Assembly (NCBI GenBank): GCA_031372565.1
Contig: JANMLN010000037.1
Coordinates: 1 to 26,198, forward strand
DNA: 26,198 nucleotides
Reading direction: 5' to 3'
Origin: Gemmatimonadota bacterium
GTDB lineage: Bacteria; Gemmatimonadota; Gemmatimonadetes; Gemmatimonadales; Gemmatimonadaceae
A program made the position numbers and the translations under genes. The notes under the pieces are model-generated. The model was not told where the DNA came from, did not search any database, and was given only the letters and a program-made list of their open reading frames with translations. Shown one piece after another: positions 1 to 8,504 of the stretch (its first letter is position 1; each line of letters starts with the position of its first letter).

Positions 1-875
1 CGTGCCGCCCCGGCACCGACGGCTGCGCCTTCGAGCGTGGCGAAGGCCGCCAGAAGGGTGGCACTCTCGAGTGGTCGCGGCTCGAGCGCGAGTTCGAGGG
101 CGCTGAACAGGGTCAGCGTTCCCTCGCTGCCCACGAGCAGGTCCACCAGCTCGCCCGACGATTGCCACGCGGCCACGGCATACCCGCTCGAGTCCTTGCG
201 GAGCCCGCGCTCGGCAAGGCGGGCCGCCCCCTCGCCGTGGGCGCGGCCCCAGCGCACCAGGCGCTCGACGGCGCCCAGCGGCGGCAGCGGCTGGCCGCGC
301 CGGATCCACCCGCGCGTTCCGTCGGCGAACACGCACTCGAGTCCCGTCACCCACTGGCGCATCGCGCCGCACGAGAGGGTGTGCGGGCCGGCCGCGTTCG
401 TGGCCGCCATGCCGCCAACCGTGCAGTAGGCGCCCGAGCTCGGGTCCACCGGGAAGCGCAGGCCATGGGCGGCGGCGGCCACGTCCACCGCGCCCCGCAA
501 CGCGCCCGGTCCCACGACGATCGTGTGCGTGGCCGACGGCGCCAGTCCCGCGGGGACGCCGGCGCCACGCGGGGCGATGTCGCCCACGCTCGCGAGTCGC
601 GAGAGGTCGACGATCACGCCATCTCCCACCGCGCCGCCGCCCATGGAGCTTCCCGACCCGCGCGCAATCAGCGGCTGGCCGGTGGCGGCCGCCCAGTGCA
701 CGAGCGTGACCACGGCCTCCGCGTCGGCCGGCACGGCGACCGCTCGCGGCCACGCCTGCGCCACGCCGGCGGCTTCGCTGTACGCGGCCCGTGCGTCGTC
801 GTCCGTGCGGAACACCCCGCGGAAGTCGCGCGGTGCGGCGATCGGCGCGCCGACCGGGGCGGCGTGGACCGTCAT
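1..875 (-). CDS. FAD-binding (PCMH-type, GlcD/D-lactate dehydrogenase-like) oxidoreductase, 3' end runs off the window
   Basis: Not in the ORF track because no stop lies in the window. Manual translation from the ATG at 875 gives MTVHAAP...PRAVAVPADAEAV...PLIARGSGSSMGGGAV..GVIVDLSRL...VGPG...LRFPVDPSSGAYCTVGGMAATNAAGPHT, the typical FAD_binding_4 motifs. Confidence 0.85.
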   Translation of the reverse strand, partial: MTVHAAPVGAPIAAPRDFRGVFRTDDDARAAYSEAAGVAQAWPRAVAVPADAEAVVTLVHWAAATGQPLIARGSGSSMGGGAVGDGVIVDLSRLASVGDIAPRGAGVPAGLAPSATHTIVVGPGALRGAVDVAAAAHGLRFPVDPSSGAYCTVGGMAATNAAGPHTLSCGAMRQWVTGLECVFADGTRGWIRRGQPLPPLGAVERLVRWGRAHGEGAARLAERGLRKDSSGYAVAAWQSSGELVDLLVGSEGTLTLFSALELALEPRPLESATLLAAFATLEGAAVGAGAA

Positions 876-882
876 CCCGCCT

Positions 883-1416
883 TCAGCGCCCGGTCGCGGA
901 CGGCTTCGCTCGCGCCGGAGCGGGCGGCGGGGGCAGCGCTCGACCCAGCGTGTCCACCATCGTCGTCGACATCGGGCCCACGCCGACCACGTGCTCGATG
1001 GTGTCCTCGTCGAACCACTCGTAATGCGGGACCCCGGCGGGAAGCACGATGTAGCCGCCGGCGCGCACACGGATGACCGCACTCGAGTCCACCGTCGTGC
1101 CGAAGCCGACCGTGAACGTCCCCTTGATGATCGTGACATAGCCATCGATCGTGTGCGTGTGCGGCGGAGCGCTGAACCCCTTCGGGAACAGGACCCGTTC
1201 GATGAAGAGGCCCGCGTTGCGCTTGTCACCGAGCAGCTTCTGACTGGCGCGGCCCGGGGCGCCCGGGGCCGGCACCCACGGCGCGATGCCGGTGTCGAGT
1301 GGCACGGGGTTCTGCGCCCGCGCCTGCTGCGGCGTGAGCGTGATGGCCGCGAGGGTCAGCCCGTACGTCATGGAGCGCACCGCGCCCCTGACCGCGTGCT
1401 GCGCCGCACCCCTCAC
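883..1416 (-). CDS. Exported cupin-domain protein
   Basis: Signal-peptide-like segment (LTLAAITLTPQQARA/Q) and cupin motifs FPKGFSAPPHTH...IIKGTF and AGGYIVLPAGVPH. The start overlaps the stop of the upstream ORF at 1413-1416; the true start may be the later ATG (MTYG). Confidence 0.75.
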   Translation of the reverse strand: MRGAAQHAVRGAVRSMTYGLTLAAITLTPQQARAQNPVPLDTGIAPWVPAPGAPGRASQKLLGDKRNAGLFIERVLFPKGFSAPPHTHTIDGYVTIIKGTFTVGFGTTVDSSAVIRVRAGGYIVLPAGVPHYEWFDEDTIEHVVGVGPMSTTMVDTLGRALPPPPAPARAKPSATGR

Positions 1417-1880
1417 GGCGCCGCTGCGCGAAGCCGATCCGCCACGCGCGTCATCCGCGCGCGATTCACTCCCAGATCGCTCTCGCCGATGCGCGAGGCG
1501 GAGCGGAACCGGAACTGCTTCGCTTGGGCGTCGATCACGATCTCCACGTCATCGACGAAGCGGAACAGGAGGCTCGTCGCCTCCGCGCGCAGGTACCCGG
1601 CCGCTTCGAGTGTGACGGCGGTGCGCGGCTCGGCGAGCAGCGCCGCCTTGGCACGTCCCTGTGCGGCGACCGGTTCGTCCGTGAACGGAATGGCTGGCAT
1701 GGCATGCTTCGCGTCGGAGGGCAGCGCGTCGCTGGCCACGCAGTTGGGCGACGCCGGGCAGGGCGCGAGCGGCTGTCCCGGCGCGACCACCTGGCCGAGC
1801 GAGCCGCTACAGGCGGTGAGCGGCATGAGCGCGAGCGCGAAGGCGGCGGCGCGACGGGCCCTGAGTGTTGTGGATGGCAT
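1413..1880 (-). CDS. DUF1499 family lipoprotein
   Basis: Lipobox LTAC, plus CPASPNCVAS, LFRFVDDVE and RSASRIGESDLGVNRAR, which are characteristic of DUF1499. Confidence 0.85.
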   Translation of the reverse strand: MPSTTLRARRAAAFALALMPLTACSGSLGQVVAPGQPLAPCPASPNCVASDALPSDAKHAMPAIPFTDEPVAAQGRAKAALLAEPRTAVTLEAAGYLRAEATSLLFRFVDDVEIVIDAQAKQFRFRSASRIGESDLGVNRARMTRVADRLRAAAP

Positions 1881-1945
1881 CTCGCAACTTACCCGACGCC
1901 GCGCTCAGAGGTGCGCATACAGGTGCGCTCGCGGCCGCGGTCGTG

Positions 1946-3046
1946 CTACGTGGCGCCGACAGGCTGCGCGACCGGGACGGACACGCCAAGCGTGAACGGC
2001 GCCTCGCGCACCTTGGCCACGAGCCATCGCAGCCCGGCGTTCGACCAGATGAGCATGGGCCCCACGACCAACAGCACCTTCACCTCGGCGCGCGAGATCT
2101 TGACCTGCCCGCCGCGCCGCAGCATCGCGCGGCTTGCCATGAGGTCGCGCAGGGTCGCATGCGCGAAGAGCAGCGGGAGGATGCAGAAGGCGCGGATGGC
2201 GAGCGCGCGTCGCGGAATGGTCAGCGTGTACTCGAGGGCTTCGTCGAGATCGCGGCCGGCCATCGCGATGAAGTCCGCGATCACTGCGTGATTGGCCGCC
2301 TGCCGCTCCGGTGCCGGCGAGAGGATCTCGTCGTGACTGGAGCCGAGCGCACGCAACGCCTGTCCCGGGATGTAGATGGCGTTCTCGTGCTCCGCGTCCC
2401 AGGCGATGTCCTTGAGGATGTTCACCGTCTGCAGCGCCTCGCCGAACTCGCGGCACTTGGCGCGCAGCGCCTCGTAGCGCGCGCGCCCGATCGTCACGGG
2501 GCGGTGCTCATGCCAGAGATCGGTGAGCATGAGCCCGACCGTCCCCGCCACGTAGTAGCAGTACTCCTTGTACTCGGCCAGCGTCTCGATGCGGATACCG
2601 CGCGGGTAGAGCTGCACGAACTTCTTCATGCCCACGACCATCTCGGTGACCCAGCGACGCACATGCTGTTGCGATGCGGCGGGCAGGGACCGGAAGAGCA
2701 CGAAGACGCGGCTCGTGTTGCGCAGCAGTTCGACGTGCGCCGCCTCGCCCTGGATATCGACGGCCTCGGCGTCGTATCCGTCCGCGACATGCGGATCGTC
2801 GAAGCTCTCGAGGAGGCGGTCGAGGAGGTGGGCCTTGCGCGAGACATCCGCAGAACCGTCGTCTTCGACGGTATCCGCGATGCGGCAGAGGAGGTACGCC
2901 GCGAGCACCGAGCGCCCGAGCGGCCCCGGCAGCCACTTGATCGAAATCGCGAAGGTGCGCGAGACGCGCGGGAGGATGGCCGTCGAGAAGCGGCCGGCCT
3001 CTTTCAGTCGCGATCGGTCGTTCGCGGGGCGGAGTGGACTCGACAT
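1946..3046 (-). CDS. Squalene/phytoene synthase family protein, most like single-enzyme squalene synthase (farnesyl-diphosphate farnesyltransferase)
   Basis: VSRTFA, YLLCRIADTVEDD (first Asp-rich motif), YCYYVAGTVG, LQTVNILKDIAWD (second motif), RAFCILPLLFAHATL and VKISR. Confidence 0.85.
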   Translation of the reverse strand: MSSPLRPANDRSRLKEAGRFSTAILPRVSRTFAISIKWLPGPLGRSVLAAYLLCRIADTVEDDGSADVSRKAHLLDRLLESFDDPHVADGYDAEAVDIQGEAAHVELLRNTSRVFVLFRSLPAASQQHVRRWVTEMVVGMKKFVQLYPRGIRIETLAEYKEYCYYVAGTVGLMLTDLWHEHRPVTIGRARYEALRAKCREFGEALQTVNILKDIAWDAEHENAIYIPGQALRALGSSHDEILSPAPERQAANHAVIADFIAMAGRDLDEALEYTLTIPRRALAIRAFCILPLLFAHATLRDLMASRAMLRRGGQVKISRAEVKVLLVVGPMLIWSNAGLRWLVAKVREAPFTLGVSVPVAQPVGAT

Positions 3047-3179
3047 GCCAGAGAAGCGGAGCGTACGATCCGGGAACGCCTGACGAACTCAGGCGTATGT
3101 TACGAACTTACACGACACACACGCGGCGCGGGACAGCGCCCCGAGCCTCTTCCCGCAGCAAACAGCCATCAAGCCTCCC

Positions 3180-4298
3180 GTGGTTCCCGTCACGCACTCC
3201 CCGCCCACCAAGACGGCCGCCGGCCGAGCCCCGACCGGGATCGTCTTCCTGAACCTCGGCGGACCCGAGACGCTCGATCAGGTCGAGCCGTTCCTGCTGG
3301 CGCTGTTCGATGACCGCGAGATCATCAAGCTGCCGGTCCAGTCGATTCTCGGTCCCCTGATCGCGCGTCGCCGTGCGCCGATGGTGCGCGAGAACTATCG
3401 AAAGATCGGCGGCGGATCGCCCATTCTGCGGCACACGCGCGCCCAGGCGGCAGGGTTGATCGAGCGTCTCGATGCGCGCTTCCCGAACAACGCGCCCCAC
3501 AAAGCCTACGTCGCGTTCCGGTACGTGACCCCGACCGCCGACGACGCGCTGAAGCAGATGGCGGCCGACGGCGTGCGACGCGCGGTCGCCTTCTCGCAGT
3601 ATCCGCAGTTTTCGTGCACGACGACCGGGTCCTCGCTCAACGAACTCTGGCGCGCCGAGAAGCGGCTCGGGCTCGAGGGGCGGTTCGACTGGTCGATCAT
3701 CGATCGCTGGCCGACGCATCCCGGCTTCGTGAAGGCGATGGCCAACACGGTGCGCGATGCGATTGCCTCGCTTCCCGAGGCGCATCGCGACACCGCGACG
3801 ATCCTGTTCAGCGCTCATTCGCTGCCGCTCTCGGTGATCGACAAGGGCGATCACTACCCGCAGGAGATGGGGGCGACCGTGGCCGCCGTGATCGCGGAGC
3901 TCAAGCTCAAGAACCCGTACCTGCTCTCCTACCAGTCCGAGGTTGGACCGGTCAAGTGGTTGGGGCCGAGCACGGAACGCGTCATTCGCGAGTTGCCGCT
4001 GCAAGGGGTGCGCGACGTGATCGTCGTGCCCATCGCATTCACGAGCGACCACATCGAGACGTTGAGCGAACTCGATCTCGAGTACGGCGAAGTGGCACGG
4101 CATGCGGGCTATCGGCACTACGTGCGTGCGGCCGCGCTCAACGATCGTCCGGATTTTCTTGATGCGCTGGGCGACATCGTCGCCGAGCACCTGTGCTCCG
4201 GCGAGCGGAGCAGCGTGCGCTACGCGCTCAAGTGCCCCGGCTGCTCGAATGCGGGATGCCGTACCATGCCCAAGCGGGTGGGCGTGACGGTCGGCTGA
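3180..4298 (+). CDS. hemH: Ferrochelatase
   Basis: LNLGGPET, YRKIGGGSP, AFRYVTP, YPQFSCTTTGSS, LFSAHSLP, QSEVGPVKWLGPST, VPIAFTSDHIETLSELD and a C-terminal CxxCxxxxC. Confidence 0.96.
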   Translation: MVPVTHSPPTKTAAGRAPTGIVFLNLGGPETLDQVEPFLLALFDDREIIKLPVQSILGPLIARRRAPMVRENYRKIGGGSPILRHTRAQAAGLIERLDARFPNNAPHKAYVAFRYVTPTADDALKQMAADGVRRAVAFSQYPQFSCTTTGSSLNELWRAEKRLGLEGRFDWSIIDRWPTHPGFVKAMANTVRDAIASLPEAHRDTATILFSAHSLPLSVIDKGDHYPQEMGATVAAVIAELKLKNPYLLSYQSEVGPVKWLGPSTERVIRELPLQGVRDVIVVPIAFTSDHIETLSELDLEYGEVARHAGYRHYVRAAALNDRPDFLDALGDIVAEHLCSGERSSVRYALKCPGCSNAGCRTMPKRVGVTVG

Positions 4299-4413
4299 AC
4301 GCGCGGCGAGCGCCTGTCTGTTGCAGAGTCGCAAACGAAGGAAGGGTGCGGCGGGTTCACCCGGTGAGCGCAGAAGCTTACGCGTGCGCTTCGCGGATCT
4401 CCGGCATGCTGCC

Positions 4414-4458
4414 TTGGTCATCGAAACCCTCCGACTCGGAAGGTGTTTCGACGACCGA
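4414..4458. other. Imperfect intergenic hairpin
   Basis: TTGGTCATCGAAAC..CCTCCG-ACT-CGGAAGG..GTTTCGACGACCGA forms a stem of about 19 bp with bulges. Confidence 0.5.
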
Positions 4459-4653
4459 TCAAATCCAACCAGTGCGTAGGCGCTAACACGAACACGCCGT
4501 ACACGCTGAGGACGCCGGAATAGGGCCCCGGAGTCTCCGGTGCATCGAACCCGAGCAATGGAGTCGTTGCGCGACCACGGGTGCGCGTCGTAATCTTTAG
4601 CGCCGACTTGGACCTCCCACCGAGGGGACGCGATGGATCGCTAGCGGCTCAGG

Positions 4654-5751
4654 ATGTTCATGCGGATCGCAGCCCTTGTGTGGTGCGCGCTCGCCGGACT
4701 TCCGCGAACTCTGCTCGCTCAAGTGCCGCCGGCCGGGGGTGCCGCTCGCCCGAATGGCGCCGTGAGCGGCGTCGTGCTGGACACGGCAGGGCGTCCCGTG
4801 GCGGATGCGGACATCGTCGTGCTCGGGTCGGCGCGTCGCACGCGGTCCGCGGCCGACGGCCGCTTCGCGCTCCGGAATCTGCCCGCGAGCGACACGGAGT
4901 TCCTCTTCAGGAAGCCCGGGTACGAACCGGCGCGCTTCCGGGTGTCCGTGCCGGCTGGCGGTGACGTCGCCCTGCGCGTCACGCTTGGTCCCGCCGTGCG
5001 CGAGCTCGAAGGGGTGATCGTGATGGCGCAGGTCTTCAATGAAGTTAGGGGCATCATCGTGGACTCTGCAGGCGCCCCGATCGAGGACGTGGAAGTCTCC
5101 ATGCTCGGCGCGCGATTCGTCGCGCGCACCCGCACCGATGGTGCCTTCCTCTTCGTGGACATCCCCCCGGGGCGCTATCTGCTGACGGCGCGAAAGATCG
5201 GGTATCGCCCCCAGCGGCTGTCGGTTGCGATGGAGCGACAGCTTGAGCGGGAGATCACCGTGCGGCTGCGCGCGCTGGCGCAGGGGCTCCCTCCGGTCGA
5301 GGTCACCGCGCTGAGCGGCTTCAGCCCTGCCGACAGCCTTGCCCGCGTCGAGTTCGAGGAGCGGCTGGCGGCCAAGGGACACGAGTCGGACCTCCTCACC
5401 GGCGCGGAGCTCGCCAAGGCAGGCAAGGATCGGCTCGATTTCGCCATCCGTGAGCAGGCGGTTTCATGGGTGAAGGGTGGAGGATCGTATTCTTGCGTGC
5501 TCGTGAACGGCGTTGAACCGCTCGAAGACGACGCCACCTTCCGCCGCCTCAGCAAGATCGACTTTGCGCTTCCACCTGCCGAGCGCTACACGCTGATGAA
5601 GAAGCTGACCGCGGAGCAGGTGGACGCGGTGGAGATCTACGCGTCCGGCCACGAAAGGTCCCGCACGGCGTGCCGCAGGTTTCCGCTCGTCTCGCAGTGC
5701 TCGTGCGCGGCGAATCCGCCGGCGATCGTCGTCCTCTGGCTCAAGCCGTGA
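4654..5751 (+). CDS. Secreted protein with two carboxypeptidase-regulatory-like (CarboxypepD_reg) domains and a C-terminal TonB plug-like segment
   Basis: Signal peptide (RIAALVWCALAGLPRTLLA/Q). Two repeats of G.V.D.AG.P..D..V...G...TR..DG.F....P.......RK.GY.P. C-terminal EQVDAVEIY...AIVVLWLK. The start may be the ATG at 4660. Confidence 0.7.
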   Translation: MFMRIAALVWCALAGLPRTLLAQVPPAGGAARPNGAVSGVVLDTAGRPVADADIVVLGSARRTRSAADGRFALRNLPASDTEFLFRKPGYEPARFRVSVPAGGDVALRVTLGPAVRELEGVIVMAQVFNEVRGIIVDSAGAPIEDVEVSMLGARFVARTRTDGAFLFVDIPPGRYLLTARKIGYRPQRLSVAMERQLEREITVRLRALAQGLPPVEVTALSGFSPADSLARVEFEERLAAKGHESDLLTGAELAKAGKDRLDFAIREQAVSWVKGGGSYSCVLVNGVEPLEDDATFRRLSKIDFALPPAERYTLMKKLTAEQVDAVEIYASGHERSRTACRRFPLVSQCSCAANPPAIVVLWLKP

Positions 5752-5819
5752 GGGGAGGGCGTGCGCCGCCGCGCCCCCGAAGCGTGCCGTGATCGTGATC
5801 GCGACGGCAGGGCCTCAGT

Positions 5820-6026
5820 GGCTGAGCGCGTCGCATACAGCCGACAGGCCGCAATGTCGTCTGCCTCGTGGTTCGGATAGTCGCCGGGGAAGTGCGCTGA
5901 CGTCTCGCCGGCCGCCAGCACCTCCAGCACGTCGATCACGCGGATGCGCATCCCGCGAAGACACGGGCACCCCCCGCGCTGCTCGGGAGGGACGGTGACG
6001 CGCCGCAGGAGCTCGGTGGGCGTCAC
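5820..6026 (-). pseudogene. Degenerate DUF433 (antitoxin-type) gene
   Basis: RVTVPPEQRGGCPCLRGMRIRVIDVLEVLAAGET...DYP....DDIAAC..YA follows the DUF433 pattern, but conserved hydrophobic positions are replaced (AHFPGDYPNHE). No stop occurs at the expected place, so the frame runs into the convergent gene. The 3' coordinate is approximate. Confidence 0.6.
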
Positions 6027-6301
6027 GGGTGTGGAGTGAAGGCTGGAACAAGGTACGCGAGCTCGTCACGACGGGAACAGCTGATCCCGGTGGAGGCACG
6101 CAGCGCCCGCGACGCGGAGGATCCAGCACCCTCGCCGCAAGGGCCCGCAAGCGCCATACTAAGCGGACCCCGATTCGGCTCCGCGCCCGGCAATAGGACG
6201 CTACCGGTTCGTGATGTCCAAGGAGAAGCGTTGAGACGTGGATCGAGTCGACGATGCGCCACCCCGATGCTCCACGCCACTGAGCCCGCGAACTCGCCGC
6301 C

Positions 6302-7774
6302 GTGAACTACGCCAGCCTCTCATCCCAGCGCGACCGGCACCCCGCCTGGCGGCTGCTTGCCTCGCCGCACGCACCACTGGTGGCCAGCTTCCTGCACCAG
6401 GTTTTCGTAGCACCGAACGTGCGCGTGATGAGCGAAGCGGACCTCGCGGCTGCGCTCGACGACGCCCTCTTCGCCCTGCGCGAGCAGATCGGGGCCGACG
6501 CCTACCCTCAGGGTGCGACCGAGTATCTCAACGACTGGGCCGCGCCCGACAAGGGCTGGCTGCGCAAGTTCTACAAGCCGGGCACGGACGAGCCGCAGTT
6601 TGACCTCACGCCAGCCACGGAGAAGGCCCTCGCCTGGCTGTTGTCGCTGACCGAGCGACCCTTCGTGGGTACCGAGTCGCGGCTGCTGACGCTGTTTACG
6701 CTGCTGGAACAGATTGCTGCCGGCACCGAGGCCGACCCGATCAAGCGCGTTGACGACTTGCGCAGGAAACGTGACGAACTGGACGCAATGATCGCGCGCG
6801 TGCTGGCCGGCGATGTGCCGCGGCTTGACGACACCGCGGTCAAGGACCGCTTCCAGCAGTTCCAGCAGCTGGCGCGCGAACTGCTGGCCGACTTTCGCGA
6901 GGTGGAGCACAACTTCCGACAGCTCGACCGCAAGGTGCGCGAGAAGATTGCGCTGTGGGAAGGTACCAAGGGAGCGTTGCTCGACGAGATCATGGGCGAG
7001 CGCGAGGCCATCGGCGACTCCGACCAGGGCCGCAGCTTCCGCGCGTTCTGGGACTTCCTCATGTCCAGCCGCCGGCAGGAAGAACTCTCCGAGCGGTTGG
7101 CTCAGGTCCTCGCGCTGCCCGCCGTCGTGGCGCTCAAGCCCGAGCCGCGGACTCGTCGTGTGCATCACGACTGGCTGGAGGCCGGCGAACACACGCAGCG
7201 CACCGTGGCACAGCTATCGCAGCAGCTGCGCCGCTTCCTCGACGACCGGGCCTTCCTGGAGAATCGGCGCATCCTGGACCTGTTGCACGGCATCGAAAGC
7301 AAGGCGCTCGCGTTGCGCGAGTCGCCGCCTTCGACGTCCCTGATGGCAATCGCCGAGATGGGCGCGGACGTCGACTTACCGCTGGAGCGACCCCTCTTTG
7401 CTCCGAGCACGAAGCCGCGCCTGGCGGAATTGACGCTCCTCATGGGCGACGACGGCACGGACACCGCTCGATTGTTCGACCAGGTCGTCGTGGACAAGAC
7501 ACGCCTCCGCTCGAACGTCCAACACGCCTTGCGCCGTCAACCGCAGATCACGCTGCACGAACTGCTCGATGCCGAGCCGCTGCGGCAGGGGCTGGCTGAA
7601 CTGGTCACCTACCTGGAGCTGGCCCACGCCGGTGACGGCCGCGGCGCTCCCGACGACCTGCGCGCCGTCGTGGACGAGGCCGTGGAGGAACCGATCCGCT
7701 GGCAGGCTCGCGACGCAGCGGGCGAACCTGTGACGCGCGAGGCTCGACTGCCCCGCGTGATCTTCACGCGCTGA
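6302..7774 (+). CDS. jetA: Wadjet JetA (DUF3375, kleisin-like)
   Basis: HPAWRLL.SPHAPLVASFL, YLNDWA..KGWLRKFY, FVGTESRL, SDQGRSFRAFWDFL and GLAELVTYL. First gene of a four-gene coupled operon. Confidence 0.92.
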   Translation: MNYASLSSQRDRHPAWRLLASPHAPLVASFLHQVFVAPNVRVMSEADLAAALDDALFALREQIGADAYPQGATEYLNDWAAPDKGWLRKFYKPGTDEPQFDLTPATEKALAWLLSLTERPFVGTESRLLTLFTLLEQIAAGTEADPIKRVDDLRRKRDELDAMIARVLAGDVPRLDDTAVKDRFQQFQQLARELLADFREVEHNFRQLDRKVREKIALWEGTKGALLDEIMGEREAIGDSDQGRSFRAFWDFLMSSRRQEELSERLAQVLALPAVVALKPEPRTRRVHHDWLEAGEHTQRTVAQLSQQLRRFLDDRAFLENRRILDLLHGIESKALALRESPPSTSLMAIAEMGADVDLPLERPLFAPSTKPRLAELTLLMGDDGTDTARLFDQVVVDKTRLRSNVQHALRRQPQITLHELLDAEPLRQGLAELVTYLELAHAGDGRGAPDDLRAVVDEAVEEPIRWQARDAAGEPVTREARLPRVIFTR

Positions 7775-7778
7775 GATC

Positions 7779-8504
7779 ATGGCCAGACAGGGAGAGACGC
7801 GCATGGACGACGGGCGACACGGGAACGATCCCGCCGAGGCCTCGCCCAGCGCCCTGCCACCGGTGCCTGAGCTGTCGCAGCTGCTGGTGCGCCTGCTCAA
7901 GGGGGTGCTCTATCGCGAGGATGACGAGCGCCTGTGGGCCAGCCTGCTGCGCCTGCAAGCGCGCGTGAGGGAGCAGTCTGCCGTGCTGCTGCTCGATCTG
8001 ATGCTGGACGAAGCCGAGGGCCACGCCTTCCTGAAGAGCCGTCCGGACCAGGACGATTCAGAGGATGCCCCACGCCTGCCGCGACTCGTCGCACGTCGCC
8101 CGCTGTCGTATCCCGTGAGCCTGATGCTGGCGCTGCTCCGAAAGCGCATGGCCGAGTTCGACGCTGGTGGTGGGGACACTCGGCTGGTGCTCGCGCGTGA
8201 TGAGATCGCTGAGCTGGTGCGGGTGTTCCTGCCCGATGCCACGAATGAGGCGCGGATCATGGACCAGATCGACGCGACGATCTCCAAGGTGGTTGAGCTG
8301 GGCTTTCTGCGCCGGCTCAAGACCGTCGCTGGCAACGGACAGGAACGGAGTCACTTCGAGGTGCGGCGCATCCTCAAGACGTTCGTCGATGCCGAGTGGC
8401 TGGCCGAGTTCGACGCGCGTCTGGAAGGCTACCGGACGGCGCTGTCCACTGCTCCGGTCGACGCGACCGGCAAGGCGACGAACCGGGGGGCCGTCGATGG
8501 CTGA
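7779..8504 (+). CDS. jetB: Wadjet JetB (DUF4194, kite-like)
   Basis: LLKGVLYRE, LDEAEGHAFL, PRLVARRPLSYPVSLMLALLRK and FEVRRILKTFVDAEWL. Lies between jetA and the SMC ATPase. Confidence 0.9.
   Translation: MARQGETRMDDGRHGNDPAEASPSALPPVPELSQLLVRLLKGVLYREDDERLWASLLRLQARVREQSAVLLLDLMLDEAEGHAFLKSRPDQDDSEDAPRLPRLVARRPLSYPVSLMLALLRKRMAEFDAGGGDTRLVLARDEIAELVRVFLPDATNEARIMDQIDATISKVVELGFLRRLKTVAGNGQERSHFEVRRILKTFVDAEWLAEFDARLEGYRTALSTAPVDATGKATNRGAVDG

Noticed and set aside
37..3313. Long plus-strand ORFs (304, 490 and 482 aa) and similar antisense ORFs across the window
   Set aside because: These are shadow ORFs opposite well-supported genes, expected at high GC, with no recognisable motifs.
4515..4560. 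TCGAACCC resembling a reverse-strand tRNA T-loop
   Set aside because: No cloverleaf, acceptor stem or CCA end could be built around it.
8167..8496. N-terminal extension of the 1234-aa track ORF
   Set aside because: It overlaps jetB in another frame and looks like non-coding translation. ATG 8497 sits just before the conserved GFRL.RLEV.NWGTF start.
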